Shown: piece by piece, positions 7,898 to 17,555 of the stretch
Layout of the letters: every line of letters begins with the position of its first letter
How positions within the stretch are numbered: position 1 is the first letter of the stretch
DNA from: Saprospiraceae bacterium
GTDB taxonomy: Bacteria; Bacteroidota; Bacteroidia; Chitinophagales; Saprospiraceae
Length of the DNA stretch: 62,629 nt
Direction: 5' to 3'
Assembly (NCBI GenBank): GCA_018224445.1
Contig: JAGTVA010000046.1
Coordinates: 1 to 62,629, forward strand
Program-made: the position numbers and the translations under genes
The notes under the pieces: generated by a model
The model's database searches: none
Seen by the model: only the letters and a program-made list of their open reading frames with translations
What the model was told of the DNA's origin: nothing

Positions 7898-8832
7898 CTT
7901 TGTTTTACTTCTACTCTTCTTGCGATAGACCTGGCTTTAATATGGAAGATTTATATGAAACTTCCGGGATTACTCGTCAAGCCTTTCACCAGTGGCTGAA
8001 TCCTTCGAAGTCTCAGCGGTTAAAGACAAGTCAAGAGGAGGTGTTGGAGATCGCCAGGGCAGTCAGAAAGAAGTATTTACCAGGTTCTGGTAGTCGGGTA
8101 ATTTATAACTACATTCGATCTGGTAAGTGCGAAGAGTATAACGGTCGCCTAAGGGGATGGGGCAAACATGCCTTTGAGAGAGCGTGCCTGAAAGGAGGTA
8201 TGCGTGTGCAGCAGCGACGAATTATCCTCAAAACGACCAACCGGGGAGACTATGTTTTTCCCAACCTTATTGAAGGATCTAGCATTGTCGGTATCAATAA
8301 GATTTGGGTAAGTGACATTTCCTATATTTTTGGGGATGGCGGCTCCCTCATCGGGTATTCAACAAGCCTGTTAGACTTGTATAGTCGCATGTTGTTAGGA
8401 TTATCTTTTTCTAAGACTATGCAGGCTACTGAAACATCCGTTCAGGTCCTTAAGCAGGCTTTTGCCATTAGAGGGCTGCAGGAATATCCAGATCTAATCT
8501 TCCATTCTGACGGGGGAAAACAGTTCATTGAGAAAAGTTTTCTATATTTGCTAGGATCCAAACAAATTCATTCTAGCATGGCCGAAACCTGTTATGAAAA
8601 CTCCTTTGCTGAATCTTTCAATGACATCCTAAAAAATCACATGATGCATGATATGACTCTAAACTCATTCTCTCAACTAAAAAAGCAGGAACAATTCATT
8701 AAATCATGCTATAATAATAATCGACCGCACGGAAGCTTAAACAACTTAACTCCGGTCGAATCCGAACAAATTTTGGTTCACTTAAGTATGAATAAACGTG
8801 TGCCATTACTTGTAAACAGTAACGCCATATGA
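7894..8832 (+). CDS. IS3-family transposase OrfB (DDE/rve integrase core), probably made as an OrfAB fusion
   Basis: WVSDISYI (first D), IFHSDGGKQF (second D), ENSFAESFNDILKNH (E) and NNNRPHGSLNNLTP motifs. Confidence 0.9.
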   Translation: MTLFYFYSSCDRPGFNMEDLYETSGITRQAFHQWLNPSKSQRLKTSQEEVLEIARAVRKKYLPGSGSRVIYNYIRSGKCEEYNGRLRGWGKHAFERACLKGGMRVQQRRIILKTTNRGDYVFPNLIEGSSIVGINKIWVSDISYIFGDGGSLIGYSTSLLDLYSRMLLGLSFSKTMQATETSVQVLKQAFAIRGLQEYPDLIFHSDGGKQFIEKSFLYLLGSKQIHSSMAETCYENSFAESFNDILKNHMMHDMTLNSFSQLKKQEQFIKSCYNNNRPHGSLNNLTPVESEQILVHLSMNKRVPLLVNSNAI

Positions 8833-8920
8833 ACTATCAAATAAACCTATTTTTTTTAACCCGGAAGTTTAGATTTAAACCAAAAAACGTGTCAAGTTTT
8901 TTTGGGCGAAACCAGGATTG

Positions 8921-8994
8921 ATCGCAAAGTAGTGCGATTTGATTCGAATTGGTCTAGGGATTACACAGAGCGAAGTGGGGTGGCTTTACGTGAT
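8921..8994. repeat. REP-like segment next to the IS right end (hairpin atcgca-aagtag-tgcgat, then cacagagcgaagtgg)
   Basis: Arms 8921-8926 and 8933-8938 are complementary. Shares the cgcaaagt...cacagag words with the element at 13338-13440. Confidence 0.5.
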
Positions 8995-9351
8995 GAGATA
9001 TGAGATACCAGAGAGGATCATGTAGTGACATTGGCCCCCTGGCTCTTAGCAGAGTTAATAGAATGAAGTTATTAATCTCGGTCATAAAAAAATATAGGGT
9101 CGTCAAATGATTTCGAGAGGGGGTTAGAAGTAAAAAGAGATTAGATGTTGATAGAGGGCCTGGAGAATATTCTTCCACCTACAATGGATCTTTTTATGAC
9201 TCTTAACCTGCAACTTTATGAGAGTCTTATTTCACAACGTTTCAAAAGATTAAAGATGGTAATTGGTTAGCGCGGTAAGTATAAATTGAATTATAAAATC
9301 TAAATTTTCTAACAAAAATATTTTTTCTTCATATAATAAAAAAATACATAC

Positions 9352-9359
9352 TATCTTTG
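9352..9359 (+). promoter_or_regulatory. Candidate -7 promoter box (tatctttg) for parC
   Basis: Matches TAnnTTTG, 100 nt upstream of the ATG at 9459. Confidence 0.35.
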
Positions 9360-9458
9360 AGGATTGAAAACAATAACCTATACACTGCTGTCCTTACACA
9401 TGAAAATAGGAAGGATTTGAAGAGTGTATCATACTAATTACAGGCAACCCAATAGAGA

Positions 9459-12134
9459 ATGTCTAAAGACAATAAATCGGAATTCGAAATTAACCTCAAG
9501 GAAGGTGAACCCTTGAAGGGAATGTTTAAAAAGTATTTCATTGATTATGCGAGTTACGTAATCCTGGAGCGCGCTGTGCCCGAAGCCAACGACGGCCTTA
9601 AACCCGTGCAGAGAAGGATTATGTTCAGTTTGTTTGAAAAAGACGACGGTCGGTACCACAAAGTGGCCAACCTCATCGGTCATTGTATGCAGTACCATCC
9701 GCACGGAGATGCAGCCATTGGAGACGCCCTGGTGACGCTGGGTCAAAAAGAACTACTCATCGATTGCCAGGGGAATTGGGGCGATATGCGCACGGGAGAC
9801 CGGGCCGCTGCAGCTCGATATATTGAAGCCAGGTTGACACCTTTTGCAAAGGATGTCCTCTTTAATAAGGATACCACTGAATGGCAACTGACCTATGACG
9901 GGAGAAACAATGAACCTGTAGCCCTGCCAGCCAAATTTCCGCTGCTGCTCGCCATGGGTACCGAGGGGATTGCAGTGGGACTTTCTACTAAAATCTTACC
10001 TCACAACTTCAGGGAATTGATCTTGGCGTGTATCAAAATTTTAAAAGGAAAAAAAGTAAAGATATATCCCGATTTCCTCACCGGGGGATTAATTGATGTG
10101 GCGGATTATCGGCAGGGAAAAAGAGGGGGCAGAGTCAAAGTGCGCGCCAGAATTGAGCAGGAGGATAAAAAGAACCTGATAATTAAAGATATTCCTTACG
10201 GAGTGACCACTACCTCACTCATCGACAGTATTGTAAAAGCGGGCGACAAAGGACTGATTAAGATCAAGCGAATTGTGGACAATACTGCCAAAGATGTAGA
10301 GATATTGATTGAATTGGCTCCGGGGGTATCTCCGGAGGTTACCATGGATGCCCTTTACGCTTTTTCCAATTGCGAGGTATCTATCTCTCCCAATACCTGT
10401 GTGATCATCGACGGGGTTCCACGATTCATCAGTGTAAATGAATTGTTGGAAATGGACACGGAGAGGACCCGGAATATTTTGGGACTGGAGTTGGAAATCA
10501 AGCTAGATGACCTGAAAAGCAAATGGTTTTACGCCAGTTTGGAAAAAATATTTATTTCAAAACGAGTGTACAGGGATATTGAGGAGTGCGAGAGCTGGGA
10601 GGAAGTGATTGAGGCAGTGATAGCCGGAATGTACCGCTACGTAAAATCCCCCGAAAATCCCAATCCATCGAAAGGAGTGGAGCTCGAAATTGATACAGAT
10701 ATCACCCACGACCACATCCAAAAACTCACGGAAATAAAAATCAAAAGGATTTCCAAATACAACGAATTCAAAGCGGAAGAGCAGATAAAAGGCCTCGAAG
10801 ATGAAATCGCTCAAACCCAATATCACCTGGATAATCTCACCGAATACGCCATTGATTATTTTGAGAGTTTACTGGAAAAATACGGTAAAGGGCGAGAGAG
10901 AAAAACAGAGATCACCGGTTTTGAAGACATCAAGGCCACCCGGGTAGTTGCCAACAATGCTAAATTGTACGTCAATTACAAGGACGGATTTATCGGATAC
11001 GGTTTGAAAAAAGACCAATTTGTTACCGATTGTGCAGATATAGATGACATTATAGTAATCCGAAGAGACGGGAAAATGGTGGTTACCCGCATAGGTGAGA
11101 AATCATTTGTGGGCAAGGACATACTGATTGCCAATGTGTGGAAAAAAAGCGACGACCGCACCACCTACAATATGCTATACAGAGACGGCAAAACCGGTAA
11201 TACTTACGCCAAGCGTTTTCACGTCAATTCCATCACCCGGGATAAGGAGTACGACCTCACTACCGGAGAAAAGGGATCCAGGGTCTTGTATTTAAGTGAA
11301 AATCCCAACGGAGAGGCAGAGGTGGTTACTGTTTATCTCAGTCCGGCCAGCAAGGCTCGTAACAAAGTCTTCGATTTTGATTTCGGTGAAATTTTGATTA
11401 AGGGCAGAGGCAGCAAGGGAAATATAGCCACCAAATACCCGGTTCGGAGGGTTACCTTAAAAGAGGTGGGAAAATCCACCCTCGGTGCTATTGAATACTG
11501 GATTGACGACAACAGCGGTAGAATCAATACCGAAGAGCGCGGACAGTACCTGGGGGAATTCGATACAGGAGACAGTGTGATAGCGATTTATCAAGACGGT
11601 TCGTACGAAATTTCCGAAATTGACGAAACCAGCCGGTTTAAAACCGATGAACTGATGCTGATCCGCAAATTCGAGCCGGAAATGATTGTCAATGTGGTGT
11701 ATTACGAAGGGGAGAAAAAATGGACTATGGTCAAACGGTTTCAAATTGAGACCAGCTCGATGGATACCCGGTTTCAGTTTTTATCAGACCACCGATCTAC
11801 CAAACTCCTGTATGTAGGGCTGGAGACCAATCCTATTGTAAAATACACCTATAAAGACGGCGGCAAAAAAGTGGAGGAGAAGCTGGACGTTGTGGACTTT
11901 ATAGATGTTAAGGGATGGCGGGCATTGGGTAACCGCCTGTACGACGGTAAGGTTACAGAGGTGGAGTTGATCAGTGAGAGAGATAAAGAGGCCAAGTCAT
12001 CCAAAAAGCAAAAAGAGGACAAAAAGGACTCCGGTCAAATAACACAGGCCAAAGACGACGATAAGGAGCTGGGGCCCGGAGATACCATTGATTTTGAATT
12101 GGATGACGGAGAACAGGGAACTCTTTTTGATTGA
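9459..12134 (+). CDS. parC: DNA topoisomerase IV subunit A (type IIA topoisomerase A subunit, Bacteroidota ParC type)
   Basis: FIDYASYVILERAVPEANDGLKPVQRRIM and AARYIEARL (catalytic Tyr region). 891 aa with an acidic/lysine-rich tail. Resembles ParC rather than GyrA (no [21 protein letters not shown]). Confidence 0.85.
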   Translation: MSKDNKSEFEINLKEGEPLKGMFKKYFIDYASYVILERAVPEANDGLKPVQRRIMFSLFEKDDGRYHKVANLIGHCMQYHPHGDAAIGDALVTLGQKELLIDCQGNWGDMRTGDRAAAARYIEARLTPFAKDVLFNKDTTEWQLTYDGRNNEPVALPAKFPLLLAMGTEGIAVGLSTKILPHNFRELILACIKILKGKKVKIYPDFLTGGLIDVADYRQGKRGGRVKVRARIEQEDKKNLIIKDIPYGVTTTSLIDSIVKAGDKGLIKIKRIVDNTAKDVEILIELAPGVSPEVTMDALYAFSNCEVSISPNTCVIIDGVPRFISVNELLEMDTERTRNILGLELEIKLDDLKSKWFYASLEKIFISKRVYRDIEECESWEEVIEAVIAGMYRYVKSPENPNPSKGVELEIDTDITHDHIQKLTEIKIKRISKYNEFKAEEQIKGLEDEIAQTQYHLDNLTEYAIDYFESLLEKYGKGRERKTEITGFEDIKATRVVANNAKLYVNYKDGFIGYGLKKDQFVTDCADIDDIIVIRRDGKMVVTRIGEKSFVGKDILIANVWKKSDDRTTYNMLYRDGKTGNTYAKRFHVNSITRDKEYDLTTGEKGSRVLYLSENPNGEAEVVTVYLSPASKARNKVFDFDFGEILIKGRGSKGNIATKYPVRRVTLKEVGKSTLGAIEYWIDDNSGRINTEERGQYLGEFDTGDSVIAIYQDGSYEISEIDETSRFKTDELMLIRKFEPEMIVNVVYYEGEKKWTMVKRFQIETSSMDTRFQFLSDHRSTKLLYVGLETNPIVKYTYKDGGKKVEEKLDVVDFIDVKGWRALGNRLYDGKVTEVELISERDKEAKSSKKQKEDKKDSGQITQAKDDDKELGPGDTIDFELDDGEQGTLFD

Positions 12135-12171
12135 CAAAAGTGGGGAAAATTGTTTACTAAAAACAAGACAA

Positions 12172-13263
12172 ATGAGAAAGTGGATATGGAGTTGTTTTTT
12201 TGTGGTTTTGTCGGTGGCAGCCTACAGCCAGGTGGAGAAGGGGAGCTGGCTCATTGATTTTAATGGACACACGGGTTATGAATCGGAACAGGAGATTATT
12301 TCTCCACAATTGTATGCAAAAATCGGATATTTCCCCACCAATTTTTTGGCAGTGGGAGCCAGATTGGGTGGTAGTGGTTTTTTACAGGAAAATAATAATT
12401 TTGGGAATGTTTTGTACGCCGGCTTTGCAAGGTACTACATCAATCCCCAATCCGAGAATTTTCATTTTTTCGGTGAAATGGAAAGCGGTCTCCTGGTAGA
12501 TTACGAGGAGGGAATGGATAAACAGTCCAGATTTTTCTTTAAACCGCTGGCGGGCATGAGTTATAAATTGATCGAGGGACTCGGGTTGGAAGTGGGCCTC
12601 GGCCTGACTTTTATGGAGAGTTTAAATACTTCCCAAATTAGATATCACGGCTTGAGTTTTGAACTGGGTTGGAAAGCTACCATCAGTCATCGTTCTGCCG
12701 AAGCCCTGGAAGAAACAGAACAGTATTTTGGCAGGGGGAAAATTTCCCTGGCTGCCAGCTTCAATCTGAACAATTCCTTTGACCAGTTCATTGCTGCCTT
12801 GAGGTCGTCCACTGAAACTGAATTGAATTCAGAGGCCCTGAGATTTACCAGTCTCAGTGAGAGCAACAGCAACCTGGGCATAATTGATGTTGGGTTTGGT
12901 TTCTTCCTCAGCGACCGCACAATGTTCAATATTGGCCTGGGCATAGTGAATTACGGTTCATCCGACTTCGAACCCGCGACCACACTTTTTTCCATTTCCC
13001 CCGGCTTGCGGTATTACTTGCCTTTAGGAGATGGAAGGACAAACATGTACCTCCAGGGTGCCTATGAATTTGGTGGCGTAAATCAAAGTGGACTGGGTGC
13101 GGAAAGCACTTACAACTACATAAACGGCGGAGTGGGATTGACCTATATGATTGGCCCGGCTGTCGCAATCGAATTGGGAGCGGATTACGGCAAATTGTCA
13201 GGAACCTTCATTCAAACTTCCAGACCCATTAAATTTTATTACGGATTGAGAATCTTTTTATAG
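12172..13263 (+). CDS. Predicted outer-membrane beta-barrel protein, function unknown
   Basis: ATG at 12172 gives signal peptide MRKWIWSCFFVVLSVAAYSQ. Many alternating hydrophobic/G-rich strands (GLGLEVGLGLTF, VGFGFFLS, GVGLTYMIG). The upstream ORF extension overlaps the parC end. Confidence 0.6.
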   Translation: MRKWIWSCFFVVLSVAAYSQVEKGSWLIDFNGHTGYESEQEIISPQLYAKIGYFPTNFLAVGARLGGSGFLQENNNFGNVLYAGFARYYINPQSENFHFFGEMESGLLVDYEEGMDKQSRFFFKPLAGMSYKLIEGLGLEVGLGLTFMESLNTSQIRYHGLSFELGWKATISHRSAEALEETEQYFGRGKISLAASFNLNNSFDQFIAALRSSTETELNSEALRFTSLSESNSNLGIIDVGFGFFLSDRTMFNIGLGIVNYGSSDFEPATTLFSISPGLRYYLPLGDGRTNMYLQGAYEFGGVNQSGLGAESTYNYINGGVGLTYMIGPAVAIELGADYGKLSGTFIQTSRPIKFYYGLRIFL

Positions 13264-13337
13264 AGATAATTAACGTCCATTCTAACTTCACTAATTAATT
13301 CTTTTTTTATTTTGAAATTGAAAGTTTCGCTTTATTC

Positions 13338-13440
13338 CACGGGGATCACCGCAAAGTGCACGAAGGTCACGGTGCTTTCACAGAGTAAAATGGTTGCAAT
13401 TCTGAATATCTCTGTGTAAATCTCGGTGGTCACTGTGTGT
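13338..13440. repeat. REP-like GC-rich intergenic element with internal inverted repeats
   Basis: ccacggggatcaccgcaaagtgcacgaaggtcacggtgctttcacagag...ctctgtgtaaatctcggtggtcactgtgtg. cacagag (13379-13385) pairs with ctctgtg (13410-13416). The cgaaggtcac core is shared with 31-49 and 216-234. Confidence 0.65.
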
Positions 13441-13668
13441 GCGCGCCTGTCTTGTCAATTGACGTGATGGTAAGTTTTTTTTAAAGGTTAATCTGCGATT
13501 CAATAAGCTCGCAGTTGAATAAAAGGAAATTTAATCTGGTTTTAAAAAGTGTCATGTAATCAGATATTCTTTATTACTTATCTAATTATCATTTATATCG
13601 CTATTGTAAGGATTTCCTTTGCTTCCGTCTTATTGAGCGAATGTAATTTGATAATAAATCCAGTAGAG

Positions 13669-14226
13669 ATGAGTGAAAAACAATACAAAACTGCCCGGGA
13701 GGCGAATGGACTACAGGTCGGTGATACTGCACCGGATTTCAAAGCATCTGACCTGTACGACAATGCTTTTCACCTGGAGGAGGCTTTAAAAAAAGGACCA
13801 TTGGTTTTGATTTTTTACAGAGGGCAATGGTGTCCTATTTGCAATAAGCACCTTAAAAAGTTAGAAAAGCGGTTGGAGGATATTTATAGTCAGGGAGCCT
13901 CGGTAGCTGCTGTTTCGCCGGAAAAATCCGAATTTCTCAAACGAACAGCCAAAAAAACACACGCCTCTTTTACCCTGCTTCACGATGAAAATTATACGAT
14001 TTCCGATAAATTTGATGTAACCTTTAAACCGGGTAAGTTCTCCCGATTGATCTACAACGGGATATTGGGTGCCGATCTCAAAGAGGCCCACACCGACGAC
14101 AGTCAGCGGTTACCCATTCCTGCCACCTATATTATCAACAGGAATAAAAAAATCGTTTGGAGGCATTTTACTCCGGATTATAAAAGAAGATCTTCAATAG
14201 ACGATATCATCAGAAATATTCCTTAG
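13669..14226 (+). CDS. Peroxiredoxin-like (AhpC/TSA, thioredoxin-fold) protein
   Basis: GDTAPDFKASDLYDN...LVLIFYRGQWCPICNKHL redoxin motif. ATG at 13669 is preferred; the alternative GTG at 13549 would add a hydrophobic N-terminus. Confidence 0.75.
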   Translation: MSEKQYKTAREANGLQVGDTAPDFKASDLYDNAFHLEEALKKGPLVLIFYRGQWCPICNKHLKKLEKRLEDIYSQGASVAAVSPEKSEFLKRTAKKTHASFTLLHDENYTISDKFDVTFKPGKFSRLIYNGILGADLKEAHTDDSQRLPIPATYIINRNKKIVWRHFTPDYKRRSSIDDIIRNIP

Positions 14227-14234
14227 TTAATTTT

Positions 14235-14804
14235 ATGAGCAAAATAAAAACGATATCTTACGAAGAGTCTTCAGGCCGTCTTAAAGAAATATACGACTCG
14301 TTAATATACTCCAGAGGAAAACTGGCTGAGGTTCATAAAATTCAAAGTTTAAGACCGGAGAGCATTGTCCGCCACATGGAATTATACAAAGAGATAATGT
14401 TCAGTAAATCCGATCTTTCCCGGGCTACCCGGGAGATGCTGGCTGTGGTGGTTTCTGTTTGCAATGGTTGTGTATATTGTCAAAAGCACCATTCTTCTAC
14501 TCTGAACTTTTTTTGGAAAGACAGTCAGCGGATTGAAAATCTGATTCGGGACTTTTCAACAGCGGGTTTGTCTGATTTAGAATTGGAATTGTGCAAGTTC
14601 TCCGTTGATCTCACCAATACTCCCTCCTTAATGCCGGAATCTCATTCTGTGGAAAAGCTAATTGAATTGGGCATGAGGGATACGTCTGTTCTCGATGCAA
14701 CTTTGGTCATATCCTATTTTAATTTCGTCAATCGAATGGTTCTTGCCCTGGGAGTTGAACTTGAAAAAGACAATGGAAGTGGTTATCATGCTGAATATAA
14801 ATAA
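14235..14804 (+). CDS. Carboxymuconolactone decarboxylase/AhpD-like peroxidase-related protein
   Basis: CxxC in VSVCNGCVYCQKHH, typical of the AhpD-like CMD family. Starts 8 nt after the peroxiredoxin-like gene. Confidence 0.7.
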   Translation: MSKIKTISYEESSGRLKEIYDSLIYSRGKLAEVHKIQSLRPESIVRHMELYKEIMFSKSDLSRATREMLAVVVSVCNGCVYCQKHHSSTLNFFWKDSQRIENLIRDFSTAGLSDLELELCKFSVDLTNTPSLMPESHSVEKLIELGMRDTSVLDATLVISYFNFVNRMVLALGVELEKDNGSGYHAEYK

Positions 14805-15050
14805 CCTATAAGAAAAAATATGCCGCCGACTTACCCACGATTACTGATCAAAGCCGAAATATAAGTATAGCTAAATCGAGAAAGATTTTTTCTTATAAAG
14901 AAGGTATTGGAATTCTCAGCCATTCACGATAGAAAGGTGTTTTTGGAGTGGTCTCAAACAATGATCATTATATTAGTGTTGGAAGTAAAGTGTTTTATAA
15001 ACAGAATTATAAAATATTTTTTTATTTTGAATGAATAGAAAGATTATTAA

Positions 15051-16481
15051 ATGAAGGATTTTGAAATTTTAAATAAAACTTTTGGTAAAGTAAAAAAGGA
15101 AATCTATGGGTCTTCATGCGGGAAACGGGCAGTAGTAGATTTTAAAACACCCGGGGAGCTGAGAAAGATTATGAAACTCGCAGTAGAAGAGCGGGGAGTA
15201 AATGAAAAACAGTTTCTCCAACTCATAGACGACTATTTACAATATTCTGTTCGAACGGGAAATAAACAATTTTTTAATCAACTCTTTTCGGGATTTAATC
15301 TTCCCGCTTTTATCGGTGAACTACTGACTACCCTTACCAATACCTCAATGTACACCTATGAGGTGGCCCCGGTGGCATCTGTAATAGAAAAGGAAATGAT
15401 AGCTTTAATGAATTCTTATGTACCCTTTTCTAATGGGGATGGAATCTTTCTTACGGGTGGCAGTAACGGGAATCTTCTGGCTATGTTTTCCGCCCGAAAC
15501 CGCGTATTTCCGGAGGGGCGATTTGAGGGTTACGACCGGACGCAAAAACTCGTGGCTTTCGTCAACGAACAGGCTCATTATTCGCTGGATACTGCTGCTA
15601 ACCTACTCGGAATTGGTTCAAAAAACGTTATACGCGTCAAATCCGATTCGAAGGGAAGAATGGACCCGGTAGAATTGGAATCTGAAATAAAGCAATCTCT
15701 GCATCGCGGCGAAAATCCTTTTTTTGTGGTCGCTACTTGTGCAACTACCTTGATGGGGGCCTACGATCCAATGGAAGAAATGGCAGTAATTTGTAAAAAA
15801 TACGACCTATGGCTACATGCCGATGGATCCTTCGGTGGGTCCATACTATTAAGTGACACACATCGCCAGTTGATGAAGGGAGTTGAAAAAGCCGATTCGC
15901 TGGTCTGGAATCCGCACAAGTTGATGAATATCCCACTGGTGTGTTCTGCTTTGCTACTAAAGGAAAAAGGCGTTTTGGAGCGGAATCTGACAGATATGAA
16001 TACGGATTACCTCTATCACGATACCGATTCGATGGAGGATCTGGGAAAAAAGTCCATACAGTGTGGCAGAAGGGTGGATGCAGTTAAGTTGTGGTTTGCG
16101 TGGAAGTATTTTGGTAAGGAGGGGTATCGGGAACGCATAGATTCTCTTATGGCAATGGCTGAGTATGCTGAAAAAATGGTGGTAGAGAACCCGAATCTTC
16201 AACTGGTTGTTCCGCGACAATCCTTCGCAATTTGTTTCAGGTGGGTTCCCGATTTCAAAGTCGATCTGAATGAATTTAACCTCGAAGTGAGAGAGAGACT
16301 GAGAAAAAATGGTTCGTCCATGGTCAATTACGGCTACATCAATGATAAACTCGTGATCAGGTTAATAACTGCCAATGGAAATCTCCAAAAAAAGGATATA
16401 GACGAGTTTTTTCATAATTTTACTACTGAGGCTATGCAACTTGAAGCGAAAAATTTAGTTTGCGGTGAAGCGTCAAAATAA
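15051..16481 (+). CDS. Group II pyridoxal-phosphate-dependent amino-acid decarboxylase (GAD/CSAD/DABA-decarboxylase-like)
   Basis: TGGSNGNLLAMFSARN, HADGSFGG and WNPHKLMNIP (PLP-Lys) motifs. 476 aa. Substrate cannot be assigned from the sequence alone. Confidence 0.8.
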   Translation: MKDFEILNKTFGKVKKEIYGSSCGKRAVVDFKTPGELRKIMKLAVEERGVNEKQFLQLIDDYLQYSVRTGNKQFFNQLFSGFNLPAFIGELLTTLTNTSMYTYEVAPVASVIEKEMIALMNSYVPFSNGDGIFLTGGSNGNLLAMFSARNRVFPEGRFEGYDRTQKLVAFVNEQAHYSLDTAANLLGIGSKNVIRVKSDSKGRMDPVELESEIKQSLHRGENPFFVVATCATTLMGAYDPMEEMAVICKKYDLWLHADGSFGGSILLSDTHRQLMKGVEKADSLVWNPHKLMNIPLVCSALLLKEKGVLERNLTDMNTDYLYHDTDSMEDLGKKSIQCGRRVDAVKLWFAWKYFGKEGYRERIDSLMAMAEYAEKMVVENPNLQLVVPRQSFAICFRWVPDFKVDLNEFNLEVRERLRKNGSSMVNYGYINDKLVIRLITANGNLQKKDIDEFFHNFTTEAMQLEAKNLVCGEASK

Positions 16482-17424
16482 ACACAGTGGTATTGCCATT
16501 GCCCTTGCCTGGCCGCGGACCTTTTGCAAACAACCGGGTGGCTGGTACGACCCATTATGCCATCTTTTGGGCATAAGTTACCGGCACTATTATCGGGTGG
16601 GACACGCGGCAGTAGTTTTAGTCAATGGTCAGGACGGACGTTGCCTGTATTTTGATTTCGGCAGATATATTGCACCCATGTATTGCGGAAGGGTGAGAAG
16701 TGCAAAAACAGATCATCGCCTGAAAATAAAGACCACTGCGAAGGTTTCATACAATCCGTTAAAATTGCTAAACTACAACGACATCCTGATGGAGTTAAGG
16801 GGGAATACAGACTGCCACGGGGAGGGGCCGATGTGCGGTTCTTATTGTTCGGTCAATTTCCATTCTGCATTGGAATGTGCTCAGAAGATGCAACAGAAGA
16901 GCCCTTTACCCTACGGTCCTTTTATTTGGAATGGGACAAATTGTTCACGGTTTGTGCGAACTGTAATTTTAGCCGGAAAACCAGGGTTAATTCACCGGGT
17001 GAAATTGAATTTTTTATTGCCCGTTACCCCGCGGCCTACTGACAATATTAATTCACTTCAACATCCCATTGTTTTACCGGAGGTTGGTGGCAAAAAATTG
17101 TTCGGGCCGCCGACTGTTAAAAACAAAAAGATGTTGAAAAAAACCCTGCCTCAACCCACGAAATTTGCAGGAATACCTGACGAAGCCCAATGGTTGAGTG
17201 GAGAGGGATCCGGGAGTTGGTTTTATATACAATCTATTGAAGAGGGGTATCTGATTTTGCGATACGACACCGAAGGACAATTGGAGTGTTCCGGTATTTT
17301 TGAATTGAATGGGGAGGTAGAATTTACCATCGATGCTGAATTTAATTTTGCCCATATGAGTCATTGCCAAAAGGTAAGCATTCAACAGAGCGGAAAGATT
17401 TACGAATTTATTCGAAAGGAATAG
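16465..17424 (+). CDS. Uncharacterised 319-aa protein with a possible permuted papain-like (LRAT/NlpC-P60-like) His...Cys signature
   Basis: GTG start overlaps the decarboxylase stop by 17 nt. VGHAAVVLV (His47) and GTNCSRFV (Cys160) recall the LRAT-family H...NCEHFV arrangement. C-terminal ~90-aa beta-rich domain. No family recognised with certainty. Confidence 0.5.
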   Translation: MKRQNKHSGIAIALAWPRTFCKQPGGWYDPLCHLLGISYRHYYRVGHAAVVLVNGQDGRCLYFDFGRYIAPMYCGRVRSAKTDHRLKIKTTAKVSYNPLKLLNYNDILMELRGNTDCHGEGPMCGSYCSVNFHSALECAQKMQQKSPLPYGPFIWNGTNCSRFVRTVILAGKPGLIHRVKLNFLLPVTPRPTDNINSLQHPIVLPEVGGKKLFGPPTVKNKKMLKKTLPQPTKFAGIPDEAQWLSGEGSGSWFYIQSIEEGYLILRYDTEGQLECSGIFELNGEVEFTIDAEFNFAHMSHCQKVSIQQSGKIYEFIRKE

Positions 17425-17555
17425 TGTATGTCTGGCATAGAAAAGCGCCTAGTTGTTTTCCTAGGAATATAAAACCAAAGGAGCTAGCGGCTATATGATA
17501 AGGTTTGGCTGGGATTGAAAGATTTATATACCCTTAAGCAAAGAAAAACATTGAT

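Larger units (their letters stand above)
7440..8914 (+). mobile_element. Complete IS3-family insertion sequence (1475 bp) with ~25-bp imperfect terminal inverted repeats (TG...CA)
   Basis: IRL tggatttgcccaaatttacttgaca (7440-7464) versus the reverse complement of the right end, tggtttcgcccaaaaaaacttgaca (8914-8890). Contains orfA/orfB with a -1 frame offset. No clear target-site duplication (aag vs gga). Confidence 0.85.

Noticed and set aside
8954-9178. 74-aa minus-strand ORF between the IS3 element and parC
   Set aside because: It has no motif, overlaps REP/microsatellite remnants, and has no promoter or RBS-like context.
12088-12171. Upstream extension of the outer-membrane protein ORF overlapping the parC 3' end
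   Set aside because: The Met at 12172 begins a typical signal peptide, and the extension has no such feature.
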